DNA from: Spirochaetota bacterium
GTDB taxonomy: Bacteria; Spirochaetota; Spirochaetia; Treponematales; Treponemataceae
Assembly: GCA_023438065.1 (NCBI GenBank)
Contig: JAEXRH010000014.1
Location: forward strand, 22,959 to 86,958
Direction: 5' to 3'
DNA: 64,000 nucleotides
Position numbers and translations under genes: made by a program. A model generated the notes under the pieces. That model did not search any database and had not been told where the DNA came from. It saw only the letters and a list, made by a program, of their open reading frames with translations. How positions within the stretch are numbered: position 1 is the stretch's first letter; every line of letters begins with the position of its first letter. Below, piece by piece: positions 1-9,660 of the stretch.

Positions 1-52
1 CGACGCGACCGGAGGAACCATGTTCCCCGCCGGGGCTTCGGCGCGACCGGGA

Positions 53-2188
53 TCACGGCTCGCGCCGGGCGGGCGGGTGAATCCAGAGAATCGAGCTCAC
101 GAGCCGCGGATACAGCCGCGACCCCATGTCCTTTCCCGTCGCCGAATCAAGTTGATCGGTCGCCCCCCAATCCGCGCAGCCCACGCACTGCCATCTCACG
201 TGCGCGGCGTCCCGTCGGGTTCGCTCGTCGTTAAAACCGAGAATTTTCTCGGCCACGAATTGGCTGATGAAGATCTTCGAGGGCCAGGTGTTCCGGCTCG
301 TGGACGAAAGCTTCCATCCTCCCGTCGTCGCGTCGAGGCATACCCCCGGCGCGAGCACCGTATCAAGATGTTTCCTGAGCGCCTTCACGAGATGCCCGAA
401 CGGACCGGTAAGCGAACTGGACTCGCGTTCCCCGCAGAACCACGGATACACGAGCCCTTCGACCGCGGGAATGATCCTCGAGGTGTTTCCGCCCTCGAAC
501 ACCGCGGGTATGTATCCCTCCTCCTCGATCATCCGCGCGGTCACGGTCACGGCCGCCTTCTCCGCGCTCGCGCGGGCTCGGCCCGCAAGAGCCTCGAGCT
601 GCGCCGCGGAACGGCCGGATCCCGCGAGATGGCTTCCTCCCGCCCGCGCGAACCGGCCCAAAATTCCGGCCGCGCATACGAGCGCCGACCACCCCTTTAC
701 CGCCACGTAGAGATTGTTCCGCGCCTGTCCGAGGCTCGCGTCAAGGGAATCGAACGTGGTGATCTCGGAGCCGTCGCCGCAGCGATCGGAGTCGCGGTCC
801 ATGATGCCGTCGCCGTTCCCGTCGCGCGCGAGGATCGATTCCACCGCGGTGGCGAGGGTTTCCGCGTTTCGCGCGAGCCATGCCGTGTCGCCCTCGTTAT
901 GGGCGTACAGGCACGCGACGAGGATCCAGTTCAGGGTCTCCTCGTAGCACATGTAGCTGAAGCATCCCGTCAGGTTCGGGATCTCGTAGCTCGAGTGCCC
1001 CGCCCTCGTAAACGAGTCCGCCACGCCCTGATCGTGCGTGAAGGTGATTCCGTCGCGATCGCGGAAGGAATAGCGGGCGGCGAAGAAGTCGAGCTCGTTC
1101 CTGACCGCCCACGGCGAGTAATGGAGCTCGTGAAAGGCCTGGTCTATCGTGAGGTCAAGGGTATTCATCATGCGGTACTCGCCCTCGTTCACGACGAATA
1201 TCGGGTTCCCGTCCTCGCCGACCAAAAGCTCGGAACTCGCGTTATAGCTGTGAGCCCCGTGCGCGATGATGAATTTACGCTCGTCGGAGAGCGGCGCGGA
1301 GTCCAACTCCGCGTCGAGCCGGTCGGCGGCGGCGAGAGCCTCCCCGGCACCGTGAAGCGCGTCGCGAAGGACGTCCTCGAGATCCGCGAAAAGGGTCGCC
1401 TGAAAAAGCCGCGCGCGCACGCCGGAGGTTATGACCCCGTCCCTGAAGGATCCCACCGCGACGAGATACTCGCGTTTCTCGCGCGCCGGAACCTCGAATC
1501 GAAGGCATCCTTCCGAGGCAAGTCGCCTGATAGGATGCGGGGTCACGTCGAACGCGGAGGCGAGCGACACCCAGTCCATCGCCTCGACCACGCCCTCGCG
1601 CGCCGCGACCGCGAAGCCCCACTCGGTTTGATGCGCGAACCCGAGGAGAGATCCTTCGGTCGTGTCGGAAAGCGGCCGATTGACGCCCTGCATCCCGAAC
1701 GCGCCGATCATCGGCTCGTCGCCCTTCGTGTTGTCGAAGGCCAGACGCACGTATATGGCGGGACGCATCCCCTTGCGGAGGGCAGCGCGACCCGCGGTCG
1801 CCGGATCCGGGACCGCGCCGAAAAAGGAGGTCACGGTCATCGACAGGGAGCCCGCGCTCCAAGTCTCGCCGCTCATCGAGATCTCGCGGCGGATGTCGCC
1901 ACTGCCGAAACAGGAAGCGCCCATCGCTGCCGATATGGCCGGATCGACGGGACCGTCGGCGACGAAGGCGTCCACGCCGAGACCGACCTTCACGTCGGGC
2001 GCGAACGGCAGGAGAACGGGGCGGGAATGTCCCGAGCGGTAGCCGGCGAAAAGGGCCCGCTGCGGCGGCTGCACGTCACCGACGACCACGCCGGCCCCGC
2101 GTCCGATGCGCCCGAGGGCAAGCGCGCTGTTCGCACCCCAGATCCCGTGAAGGGAATAAAAATCATTGTCCTTGATCAACGTGGGCAT
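53..2188 (-). CDS. Glycoside hydrolase family 52 beta-xylosidase (711 aa)
   Basis: Similarity along the whole length to Geobacillus XynB2-type GH52 as I remember it. Matching blocks: VVNEGEYRMMNTLDLTIDQ, ITFTHDQGVADSF, EITTFDSLDASLGQARNNLY, GYIPAVFEGGNTSRIIPAVEGLVYPWF, GGWKLSSTSRNTWPSKIF. AGGAGG lies 6 nt upstream of the ATG at 2188. Confidence 0.9.
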   Translation of the reverse strand: MPTLIKDNDFYSLHGIWGANSALALGRIGRGAGVVVGDVQPPQRALFAGYRSGHSRPVLLPFAPDVKVGLGVDAFVADGPVDPAISAAMGASCFGSGDIRREISMSGETWSAGSLSMTVTSFFGAVPDPATAGRAALRKGMRPAIYVRLAFDNTKGDEPMIGAFGMQGVNRPLSDTTEGSLLGFAHQTEWGFAVAAREGVVEAMDWVSLASAFDVTPHPIRRLASEGCLRFEVPAREKREYLVAVGSFRDGVITSGVRARLFQATLFADLEDVLRDALHGAGEALAAADRLDAELDSAPLSDERKFIIAHGAHSYNASSELLVGEDGNPIFVVNEGEYRMMNTLDLTIDQAFHELHYSPWAVRNELDFFAARYSFRDRDGITFTHDQGVADSFTRAGHSSYEIPNLTGCFSYMCYEETLNWILVACLYAHNEGDTAWLARNAETLATAVESILARDGNGDGIMDRDSDRCGDGSEITTFDSLDASLGQARNNLYVAVKGWSALVCAAGILGRFARAGGSHLAGSGRSAAQLEALAGRARASAEKAAVTVTARMIEEEGYIPAVFEGGNTSRIIPAVEGLVYPWFCGERESSSLTGPFGHLVKALRKHLDTVLAPGVCLDATTGGWKLSSTSRNTWPSKIFISQFVAEKILGFNDERTRRDAAHVRWQCVGCADWGATDQLDSATGKDMGSRLYPRLVSSILWIHPPARREP

Positions 2189-2266
2189 GGTCAGCCTCCT
2201 GGGATAAAGGGTATACGAGGAAGGGAATTCCGGCTATCGGTCGTTTTCCGGACGCGCAAGCGCCGC

Positions 2267-2923
2267 TTACCCCTGCGTCGCCTCGGGCTCGAGGCTCTTC
2301 AGGTTCTTGACCATCCAGGCGTACTGCGCGTTCATGAGCGGCCAACAAAGCACGCCGAAGGTCGGCATCCAGGCCCATATCTCGTGCAGGAAGGTGTCGG
2401 TCGGAACGAGAAGGAGGTTCACTGCCCAGCACGCCGCAGAGATGAAAAACCACCCGATAACGGCGTTTCTGACCTCATCGCCCCGGTCGAGCGAGACGAG
2501 CGCGGTCTCGTGCCGATGGGCTCTCCAGTCGATCCATTTCAGGATCGCGGGCACGACAAAGCCGAGCCATCCGGGGATGGCGACGAATATCGCCTGTCGG
2601 CCGAACGAATCGAAATAAAACCAGAGGCCTACTGCGAACATGTAGACCGTTCCGTACGCCGCGGCGAACGCGAGCATGAGCATCTCGGCCTTTTTCTCGT
2701 ATATCTTTTTTTTCGCCCCGGTCATCGTTTCGATAAGCTCGTCGAGGTTCCCGAGGGACGAGACCGCCTCGCTGAATGCCTCGGCTTCAGGGACGCCCCG
2801 GGCCATCGAATCGGAGATCCTGTCCTTGATATGCGCTTCCAGTTCTTCGCGCTGTTCCGCGATCTTCTCCGTCTCGCTCATCCCGCGGAAAAGCCCGCGC
2901 ACGAAATAGTGGACCGAATCCAT
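2267..2923 (-). CDS. PadR-associated membrane protein (N-terminal helical prefix plus about 4 TM helices, 218 aa)
   Basis: The start overlaps the PadR stop (TGATG with a shared A at 2923). The N-terminus (EKIAEQREELEAHIKDRI...LGNLDELIETM) is typical of membrane proteins encoded downstream of PadR regulators. The C-terminal half is hydrophobic. Confidence 0.75.
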   Translation of the reverse strand: MDSVHYFVRGLFRGMSETEKIAEQREELEAHIKDRISDSMARGVPEAEAFSEAVSSLGNLDELIETMTGAKKKIYEKKAEMLMLAFAAAYGTVYMFAVGLWFYFDSFGRQAIFVAIPGWLGFVVPAILKWIDWRAHRHETALVSLDRGDEVRNAVIGWFFISAACWAVNLLLVPTDTFLHEIWAWMPTFGVLCWPLMNAQYAWMVKNLKSLEPEATQG

Positions 2924-3267
2924 CAGCTTTCTCCTATTAATTTATCGAGGATTCGACGGGCGAGAGTCCATTCAGCGCGAATGCGCGCGCTGTAGTCGCG
3001 CCCGGTTTCGGTTATCGCGTAATACTTCCTGCGCCCGCCCTGGCTTTCCTCGCCCCAATACGCGCGGATATACCCTTGCCCCTCGAGTCTCCGGAACGCG
3101 GAATACAACGACGGCTCCTTTAATTCGTATTCGCCGCCCGAGCGGGAAAGAACCTCTTTGTAGACCTCATACCCGTACCGATCCTGCTCGGTAAGCAGGG
3201 TGAGCACGATCGAGTCGATGTGCCCACGGATCAAATCCTTTCCGATAGTATTCGCTTGTTCACTCAT
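2923..3267 (-). CDS. PadR family transcriptional regulator
   Basis: Winged-helix PadR signature: IVLTLLTEQDRYGYEVYKEV...LKEPSLYSAFRRLEGQGYIRAYWGEESQGGRRKYYAITETGR. I chose the ATG at 3267. The ORF extends to a GTG at 3294, which is an alternative start. Confidence 0.85.
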   Translation of the reverse strand: MSEQANTIGKDLIRGHIDSIVLTLLTEQDRYGYEVYKEVLSRSGGEYELKEPSLYSAFRRLEGQGYIRAYWGEESQGGRRKYYAITETGRDYSARIRAEWTLARRILDKLIGES

Positions 3268-3370
3268 AGTACTATGAGCATAAGCGTAAAGCACTTGTGA
3301 GGATTTTGCAACGGTTATTCGCGGAAACCGCGACGGAAGGCGCGAACCGGCCCCGCGCGGGGCCGGTCGT

Positions 3371-4906
3371 TCATGCTTCCCCGAAAGTAAAGAACTTCAA
3401 CTGTTCGGCAAGCTGTTCCGCTTGGGCGGAAAGCTCCTCGGCGGTGGAGGCCAACTCCTCCGAGATGCTCGCGTTCTGCTGAATCACCGTATCGAGCTGC
3501 TTGATCGCGGATGCCGTCTGCTCGACGCCCGTCCGCTGCTCGGCGCTCGCGGCGCTGATCTCCTGCACGAGATCCGCCGTTCTCTTGATGTCCGGGACCA
3601 GTTGGGAGAGAAGCGCGCTTACGTTCGTCGACGCGTTGACGGTCGAGTTGGAGAGGACGCCAATCTCGTTCGCGGAGCTGTGACTCCGTTCCGCGAGCTT
3701 CCGTACCTCCGTCGCGACGACCGCGAAACCCTTGCCGTACTCGCCGGCGCGAGCCGCCTCGATCGCGGCGTTCAGCGCGAGGAGATTCGTCTGCCGCGCG
3801 ATCTCCTCGATAATGGAGATCTTCTTGGCGATTTCCTTCATCATGCCGACGGCGTCGCCTACCGCGACTCCGCTCGACTCCGCGTCCGCCGCGGCCTTAA
3901 CCGCGATCTGCCCCGTCGCGACGGCATTCTCGGTGCTTTTCACGATAAGGTCGCTCGACTCGACTACCGACGCGGACACCTGCTCGGAAAGAGACGCCTG
4001 TTCGCTCGCGCCCTGGGCGATCTGCTGCGCGCTCGCGCTCAACTCGACGCTGCCCGTCTTTACGTACTTGGCGATCTCCCCGACGTTCGATATTACCTCG
4101 CGCACGCGCCCCTTCATCTCGTCAAGGCTTCGGGCAAGCACGCCGAACTCGTCCCCGCGCGCGAGGATCTTCCCGTCGACTACCGCCGAAAGGTCCCCGC
4201 TACCGATCTTGAAGGCGAAAGCCCGCATTGCGTCGAGCGGGACGGAAATGGAACGATAGAGGATATACGTGCAAAGAAGCGAGAAGAGAACGATCCCCGC
4301 GAGGATCCCGACGAGGGAAGCGATAATCCTCCGGAACGCCTCGTTTCCCTCGGCATAGTCTTTCGCGGTCTCGTCGAGCATGACCTCCGTGAGGGTATTG
4401 AGCGCCTCGCGCATGGCGTTAAAGGAGCTCGTGTACTCCTTCGTGTAGAGCGACCAGGCGCCTTCCCCGTCGCGCGCGCGAAGCAAGCCCTTCATAGCCT
4501 CGGTATGGCGCCCGAGCGTCGCGTAATTGTCGTGGAAAACCTTGAACGCGTCATTCGCGGCCCTCTCGGCATCGATATAGAGTTTCTCGAAAACCATGAA
4601 TCGCTCGCTGATCTGTTTGTAATTCGCGTCCGCGTCCTCTATGCGCTTGTCGAGCGTTTCCCCGTCGACGGTCGCGAGAACCGGAAAGCAGAGCGACAGG
4701 GCATACGCGGACTGATACGCGTCGCGATCGGCCTCGATGAGCTTGTCGATCCCGACGAGACCCTCATTGTAGATATACCCCGTAGTCTCGTTCATCGCCT
4801 TCAGCGACTGGAAAATGAACACAAAACCGACCAGGATAATCGCGATAATCAGCGCGAAAACCGCTATCAGCTTAACCCGAACGCTCATATTGCCGAACCT
4901 TGCCAT
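3371..4906 (-). CDS. Methyl-accepting chemotaxis protein (N-terminal TM plus helical sensor, HAMP, MA signalling domain; 511 aa)
   Basis: Conserved MCP hairpin-tip region [41 protein letters not shown]. Two TM segments are present. GGAGGG lies upstream of the ATG at 4906. Confidence 0.93.
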   Translation of the reverse strand: MARFGNMSVRVKLIAVFALIIAIILVGFVFIFQSLKAMNETTGYIYNEGLVGIDKLIEADRDAYQSAYALSLCFPVLATVDGETLDKRIEDADANYKQISERFMVFEKLYIDAERAANDAFKVFHDNYATLGRHTEAMKGLLRARDGEGAWSLYTKEYTSSFNAMREALNTLTEVMLDETAKDYAEGNEAFRRIIASLVGILAGIVLFSLLCTYILYRSISVPLDAMRAFAFKIGSGDLSAVVDGKILARGDEFGVLARSLDEMKGRVREVISNVGEIAKYVKTGSVELSASAQQIAQGASEQASLSEQVSASVVESSDLIVKSTENAVATGQIAVKAAADAESSGVAVGDAVGMMKEIAKKISIIEEIARQTNLLALNAAIEAARAGEYGKGFAVVATEVRKLAERSHSSANEIGVLSNSTVNASTNVSALLSQLVPDIKRTADLVQEISAASAEQRTGVEQTASAIKQLDTVIQQNASISEELASTAEELSAQAEQLAEQLKFFTFGEA

Positions 4907-5000
4907 CTAGCCCTCCGGAACGTAAGTTACATTAAGTATCAGACACCGACGGTAAAAAAGCAAAATTGACAACGAATCGCGGTCGCTGTACAGTTACGGT

Positions 5001-5954
5001 ATGCAGGACTCGATCAATGCCCTCCTTGAGTCGCCCGAATTCGCGGGGTTTCTCTTCAACAACCTCTCCTCGGCGATATTTCTCGTGGATACCGGCTTCC
5101 GCGTGCAAAGGGTCAACGACGCGTATTCCGCGATCTTTTCCCAAGATGAGGCGGATGCCCTCGGGCGCCTGTGCGGGGACGCGCTGGGATGCCAATTCGC
5201 CGTGGACCAGGGAGTCTCCTGCGGAAACACGAAGGAGTGCGCCAATTGCGCCATACGGAATTCCGTTCTCGCGTCCTCGCAGGCGGCGAACGGAGCCGTC
5301 AAGCGCTCATACGTCTCGCGAACCTTCTATATCCAGGGAAATCCCGTCAAGAAGCACCTGCGGGTTTCCACCAAGGCCATTTCCTGGAACGGCGGAGGCA
5401 TGACCGTCATCACGATCGACGACGTGACCGAGCTCGAGGAACAGAAGGAACGGATCGCCGATCTCGCGAACAAGGATCCGCTTACCGGCCTTTACAATCG
5501 CCGTTACTTTTTTGAGGTCGGCGAGGCGATATTCCAGAACGCCAAACGGGGAAGCATCGGCATCGCCGTCGCGATGTTCGACATTGATTTCTTCAAGCGC
5601 ATCAACGACTCGCACGGGCATGCCGCGGGGGACGCGGTCCTTCGCGCGGTTTCCGACAGCCTTTCCCGTCATCTGCGAAAGGCGGACGTCCTCGCCCGTT
5701 TCGGCGGGGAGGAGTTCTGCCTTCTCATGCACTGCACGGAGCCCGACGACTCCTATACCGTCATCGACAAGATCAGGCTCATCGTGGAACAACAGCCGAT
5801 TCTCTTCGAGGGAAGAAACATCTCGGTCACTATCAGCGCGGGACTCACCGCGCGCCTCGAGGACACGCTCGAGACGATGATCGCGAAGGCGGACGAGATG
5901 CTCTACAAGGCGAAGCAGGCCGGACGGAACAGGACCGAGGAGTACACGGGCTAG
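5001..5954 (+). CDS. Diguanylate cyclase (GGDEF) with N-terminal Cys-rich PAS-like sensor domain (317 aa)
   Basis: GGEEF active site with an RxxD I-site 5 residues upstream (RKADVLARFGGEEF), and DPLTGLYNRRYF. The N-terminal roughly 140 aa carry five Cys within about 27 residues (LCGDALGCQFAVDQGVSCGNTKECANC). Confidence 0.9.
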   Translation: MQDSINALLESPEFAGFLFNNLSSAIFLVDTGFRVQRVNDAYSAIFSQDEADALGRLCGDALGCQFAVDQGVSCGNTKECANCAIRNSVLASSQAANGAVKRSYVSRTFYIQGNPVKKHLRVSTKAISWNGGGMTVITIDDVTELEEQKERIADLANKDPLTGLYNRRYFFEVGEAIFQNAKRGSIGIAVAMFDIDFFKRINDSHGHAAGDAVLRAVSDSLSRHLRKADVLARFGGEEFCLLMHCTEPDDSYTVIDKIRLIVEQQPILFEGRNISVTISAGLTARLEDTLETMIAKADEMLYKAKQAGRNRTEEYTG

Positions 5955-6028
5955 ACGGGCGCCGAGCGGACGGTTTCGCTTGCATCTTTGCGCGTTTTGG
6001 GGGAAACTGATTGGTAAGGAGCGCCCTC

Positions 6029-6751
6029 ATGCCCGATAAATTCAAGAACATCGCCGTACTCATCGACGCCGAGAACATTTCGCACAACTTCCTCGAGGAC
6101 ATATCCGAGAATATCGCCCTCTACGGCATCGTCTCCGTCAGGAGAATCTACGGCGACTGGACGTCCGAGAAGATGAAGGGATGGAAATCGCTCCTCCTCG
6201 AGTACGCGATTCAGCCGATCCAGCAATTCAGCAACACCGTCGGAAAGAACTCGACCGACAGCGCGCTCATCATCGACGCGATGGACCTTCTGTACCTTCA
6301 GCATTTCGACTGCTTCTGCATCGTCTCGAGCGACAGCGACTTCACGCGCCTCGCGAGCCGCATCCGCGAGCAGGGTAAGTACGTCATCGGCATCGGGGAG
6401 AAAAAGACGCCAAGCTCCTTCGTGAACGCCTGCAACGAGTTCCTTCACATCGAGCCCGCGAACCAGGAACGGAAGGAAAAGGAAACGCGCGGCGGAAAAA
6501 AGACGAACGAGAAAGCGAGCCGCGCCGAGGTGCTTATCGACCGCGGCGTCGACCAGCTCGCGGACGCCTCGGGCTGGGTAATGCTCTCGCAGCTCATGCA
6601 GTACATCAGGCAGGTCAAGCCCGACTTCGACCTCCGCGAACTCGGGGTCAGGAAGCCGCTCGACTACTTCGCGAACCGCAAGGACAAATACGCGGTACAG
6701 AAGGAACGCGAGGACGCCCCGAGCGCCATCTTCATCTCGCGCATCCGGTAA
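6029..6751 (+). CDS. NYN (LabA/PIN-like) nuclease domain protein with C-terminal OST-HTH/LOTUS-like domain (240 aa)
   Basis: NYN motifs IAVLIDAENIS, IRRIYGDW, NSTDSALIIDAMDLLY and FCIVSSDSDFTRLASRIREQGKYVIGIG. I chose the ATG at 6029, which is preceded by AAGGAG. The ORF track starts at a TTG at 6011. Confidence 0.85.
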   Translation: MPDKFKNIAVLIDAENISHNFLEDISENIALYGIVSVRRIYGDWTSEKMKGWKSLLLEYAIQPIQQFSNTVGKNSTDSALIIDAMDLLYLQHFDCFCIVSSDSDFTRLASRIREQGKYVIGIGEKKTPSSFVNACNEFLHIEPANQERKEKETRGGKKTNEKASRAEVLIDRGVDQLADASGWVMLSQLMQYIRQVKPDFDLRELGVRKPLDYFANRKDKYAVQKEREDAPSAIFISRIR

Positions 6752-6763
6752 GGATCCCTTACC

Positions 6764-7345
6764 ATGGGCGAAAGGACGGTCGATCTCCTCTCCCGGATCT
6801 ACGACCGGGATCCCGAGACGGGCAACTTCATCATCAAGCTGTCGATCGGCGAATACGCCGAGATCTTCAACGAGCTCGACCCGTCACCGATGCGAAAGAG
6901 GGATCTCGCGAGCCACGTCGTCGCGTTTTTGGACGATTGTTCCTCGGACGTGCCGCTCAAGTACGGGTTCGACATACAGATCCTCGCGCCGCGCGAGATC
7001 ATGAACGAGGGCCGCGAGCATCGCACCATGAACGGGCTCAAGACCTATTTCAGCTACATGATCTTCCTGTACCGCAAGGACCTCAAGGTCCTCGGGCAGA
7101 AGGCCCTCGTTTACTTCGCCACGTCCATACTTTTCCTGTTCTGCTCGCTCTACCTGAGCTCGGTCTTTCCCGCGGGGATCTTCTTCAAGACGATCGTCGA
7201 GGGGCTCTCGATCGGCGGGTGGGTATTCCTGTGGGAGGCGATCGTGCTCGCCTTCTTCAAGAGCAGGAAGATCCGCATCCGCCGTCGCCGCTATCGCCGC
7301 CTTCTCGGCGCGACGATCACCTTCATCTACCAAACGATCGGCTGA
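6764..7345 (+). CDS. Hypothetical membrane protein (soluble N-terminal roughly 100 aa plus 2-3 TM helices and a basic tail, 193 aa)
   Basis: ORF lies 12 nt downstream of the NYN gene. Coding-like composition with hydrophobic segments LVYFATSILFLFCSLYLSSVF and LSIGGWVFLWEAIVLAFF. I recognise no family. Confidence 0.6.
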   Translation: MGERTVDLLSRIYDRDPETGNFIIKLSIGEYAEIFNELDPSPMRKRDLASHVVAFLDDCSSDVPLKYGFDIQILAPREIMNEGREHRTMNGLKTYFSYMIFLYRKDLKVLGQKALVYFATSILFLFCSLYLSSVFPAGIFFKTIVEGLSIGGWVFLWEAIVLAFFKSRKIRIRRRRYRRLLGATITFIYQTIG

Positions 7346-7372
7346 AGAATCCCATTCCGGCGCGATTCTCCC

Positions 7373-9382
7373 TCAAAAGCCGGCGAGTCTCCCGAGCTGA
7401 AAGACGAGTGCCGAGACCAGCCAGGCGACCCCGGTCTGGAAGACGACGGCAGCGAGCGTCCACTTGAGGGAGCCGAGTTCGCGACGGGTCGCGGCCAGCG
7501 CGGCGACGCACGGCGTATAGAGAAGCGTGAACGCGAGGAAGGAAAGCGCGCTAAGCGGGTTGAAATAGGCCTCGAGTCCTCCCGGAAGCACGACCGACAG
7601 GGTGCTGATGACCGCTTCCTTCGCGGTGAACCCGCTCACGAGCGCGGCGACCGCCTGCCACGAGGCGAACCCGTTCAGGGTAAACACCGGCGCGACCGCG
7701 GAACCGAGCCCCGCGAGGATGCTTCTCGAGCCGTCGGACGCGAACGAAAAGGTCCAGTCGACGTTCGTGAGAAACCAGATCACGAGCGATCCGACGAAGA
7801 TGATCGTGAACGCGCGATGTACGAAGTCCTTGATCTTCTCCCAAAGGTGCAGCACGACCGACCTCGGCGAGGGGAGCCGGTACACGGGCAGCTCGAGCAC
7901 GAAGGGAACGGAATTCCCCTTGAAGGCGGTGCGCTTGAGAACGAGACCGCTCGCGATCGCGACGGCGATCCCGCCGAAATAGAGCGCGCTCATCACGAGC
8001 GCCCCGTGATCGGGAAAGAACGCGGCGCAGAAAACGGCATACACCGGAACCTTCGCGGAGCATGACATGAACGGCGTAAGGAGTATGGTCATCCTTCTGT
8101 CGCGCTCGCTCGAAAGGGTGCGGGCGGCCATGATAGCGGGAACCGAGCAGCCGAAGCCGACGAGCATCGGAACGAAGGAACGGCCCGAGAGTCCGATTTT
8201 CCTGAGCAGGGCGTCGAGCACGAAGGCGACGCGCGCCATGTACCCCGTGTCCTCGAGAAGCGAGAGAAAGAAGAAAAGGATCGCGATGACGGGAAGGAAG
8301 GAAAGCACGCTCCCGACCCCGGCGAGCGCGCCCGACACGACGAGCGAGCGCATCCAGTCGCTGACGCCGACCGAGGCGAGCCCCGAGTCCGCGAGCGCAA
8401 TCCCCGAATCGATGAGGCCGGCGAGCGAATCGCTCGTGAACGACCCGACGGGACCGAAAGTGAACCAGAAGACGGCGCACATGATCGCGACGAAGATCGG
8501 GATCGCGAGAATGTTGTTCGTGAGGACGCGGTCGAGGGCGACCGAGCGGGCCTGCTCGCGCGACTCGGCGCGCTTGGTCACGCACGAGCGAGAGAGGCCC
8601 TCGATGAACGCGTACCGCATGTCCGCTATGGCCGCCTCGCGGTCGGTACCGAGCGACTCTTCCATCTCGGCGACGATGCGCGCGACGATGTCGCGGTCGG
8701 CGGGGGAGAGCGCGAGCGCCTTTTCCATGGGGGGATCGCCCTCGACGAGCTTCGTCGCGGCGAAGCGCGGCTCGTAACCCGCGGCCCGCGCGCGATCCTC
8801 GACGATGTGCGTGCTCGCGTGAAGGGCCTTGTGCGCCGGCCCCGAGCAGAAATCGACCCGGCGACCCGAGGCTCCCGCCGGGTGCTTGCCCGCGGCCGCG
8901 TCGACGACGCGCTCGAGAAGCTCGTCGATTCCCTCTCCCCTGTTCGCGGATATCGGGACGACGAAGCAGCCGAGCTCCCGTTCCATGCGCTCGACGTCTA
9001 TCGTCCCCCCGTTCGAGCGCACCTCGTCCATCATGTTGAGCGCGAGCACGAACGGGATGCCGAGGGTCATGAGCTGGAGCGAGAGATACAGGTTCCGCTC
9101 GATGTTCGTCGCGTCTACGATGTTGAGAATCACGTCGGGGCGCTCGCGCACGAGATAGTCCCGCGTCACGACCTCCTCCGCGGTGTACGGGGAAAGCGAG
9201 TAGATGCCGGGAAGGTCGACGACCGTCACGTTCGGCCGCTTTCTCGCGAAGCCTTCCTTTTTCTCGACGGTCACGCCGGGGAAATTCCCGACGTGCTGGT
9301 TGCTCCCCGTAAGCTGGTTGAACAGGGTCGTCTTTCCGCAATTCTGGTTTCCCGCGAGGGCGACGGTCACGTGCCTGTTCAT
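7373..9382 (-). CDS. feoB: Ferrous iron transporter FeoB (669 aa)
   Basis: N-terminal G-domain (VALAGNQNCGKTTLFNQLTG, DLPGIYSL) followed by a polytopic membrane domain. Shares an ATGA overlap with feoA. Confidence 0.95.
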   Translation of the reverse strand: MNRHVTVALAGNQNCGKTTLFNQLTGSNQHVGNFPGVTVEKKEGFARKRPNVTVVDLPGIYSLSPYTAEEVVTRDYLVRERPDVILNIVDATNIERNLYLSLQLMTLGIPFVLALNMMDEVRSNGGTIDVERMERELGCFVVPISANRGEGIDELLERVVDAAAGKHPAGASGRRVDFCSGPAHKALHASTHIVEDRARAAGYEPRFAATKLVEGDPPMEKALALSPADRDIVARIVAEMEESLGTDREAAIADMRYAFIEGLSRSCVTKRAESREQARSVALDRVLTNNILAIPIFVAIMCAVFWFTFGPVGSFTSDSLAGLIDSGIALADSGLASVGVSDWMRSLVVSGALAGVGSVLSFLPVIAILFFFLSLLEDTGYMARVAFVLDALLRKIGLSGRSFVPMLVGFGCSVPAIMAARTLSSERDRRMTILLTPFMSCSAKVPVYAVFCAAFFPDHGALVMSALYFGGIAVAIASGLVLKRTAFKGNSVPFVLELPVYRLPSPRSVVLHLWEKIKDFVHRAFTIIFVGSLVIWFLTNVDWTFSFASDGSRSILAGLGSAVAPVFTLNGFASWQAVAALVSGFTAKEAVISTLSVVLPGGLEAYFNPLSALSFLAFTLLYTPCVAALAATRRELGSLKWTLAAVVFQTGVAWLVSALVFQLGRLAGF

Positions 9383-9609
9383 GCGCTCGCCCGCCGGACG
9401 CGAATCGTGCGCGCGTCCTCGCCGCGAAGGGTCAGTTCATACCCTCGCAGGGATAACTCCATCGGGTCGCCGAATGGCGCGACCTTCCGCACGGATACGC
9501 GCGTTCCGGGGGTTAAACCCATATCCAAAAGGCGCCTTCTCAGCGCGCCCGTCCCGGTAACGCTGTGAATGACGCCCGATTCACCTGGTAGCAATTGATC
9601 CAAACCCAT
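9379..9609 (-). CDS. feoA: FeoA family iron transport protein (76 aa)
   Basis: Small SH3-like FeoA signature (LRRRLLDMGLTPGTRVSVRKVAPFGDPMEL). Lies directly upstream of feoB and overlaps it. Confidence 0.9.
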   Translation of the reverse strand: MGLDQLLPGESGVIHSVTGTGALRRRLLDMGLTPGTRVSVRKVAPFGDPMELSLRGYELTLRGEDARTIRVRRASA

Positions 9610-9631
9610 ATGTTAACCTCTAGCTACATTT

Positions 9632-9660
9632 ACTATACAAAATATCAGTTGTTTAGTCAA
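9632..9660 (-). promoter_or_regulatory. Putative sigma70-type promoter of feoAB (TTGACT-17 nt-TATAGT)
   Basis: On the minus strand the -35 TTGACT is at 9660-9655 and the -10 TATAGT is at 9637-9632, with a 17-nt spacer. It lies in the AT-rich 75-bp divergent intergenic region. GAGG precedes the feoA ATG. Confidence 0.45.

Noticed and set aside
20-2995. 991-aa ORF on the plus strand
   Set aside because: It runs antisense across two well-supported minus-strand genes (the GH52 xylosidase and the PadR-associated membrane protein) and the gap between them. It is extremely Arg/Gly/Pro/Glu-rich with no recognisable motifs. This is a typical stop-free antisense frame in GC3-rich coding DNA.
3422-4969. 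515-aa plus-strand ORF antisense to the MCP gene
   Set aside because: The MCP signalling-domain consensus on the minus strand is unambiguous. The antisense product is Arg/Leu/Asp-rich and has no motifs.
7551-9341. 596-aa ORF on the same strand as feoB but in another frame, and the plus-strand ORFs 8067-8777 and 8807-9568
   Set aside because: FeoB motifs (G-domain and membrane domain) define the real frame. The alternative frame is about one-third Arg. This is a frame-shifted reading of GC-rich codons.
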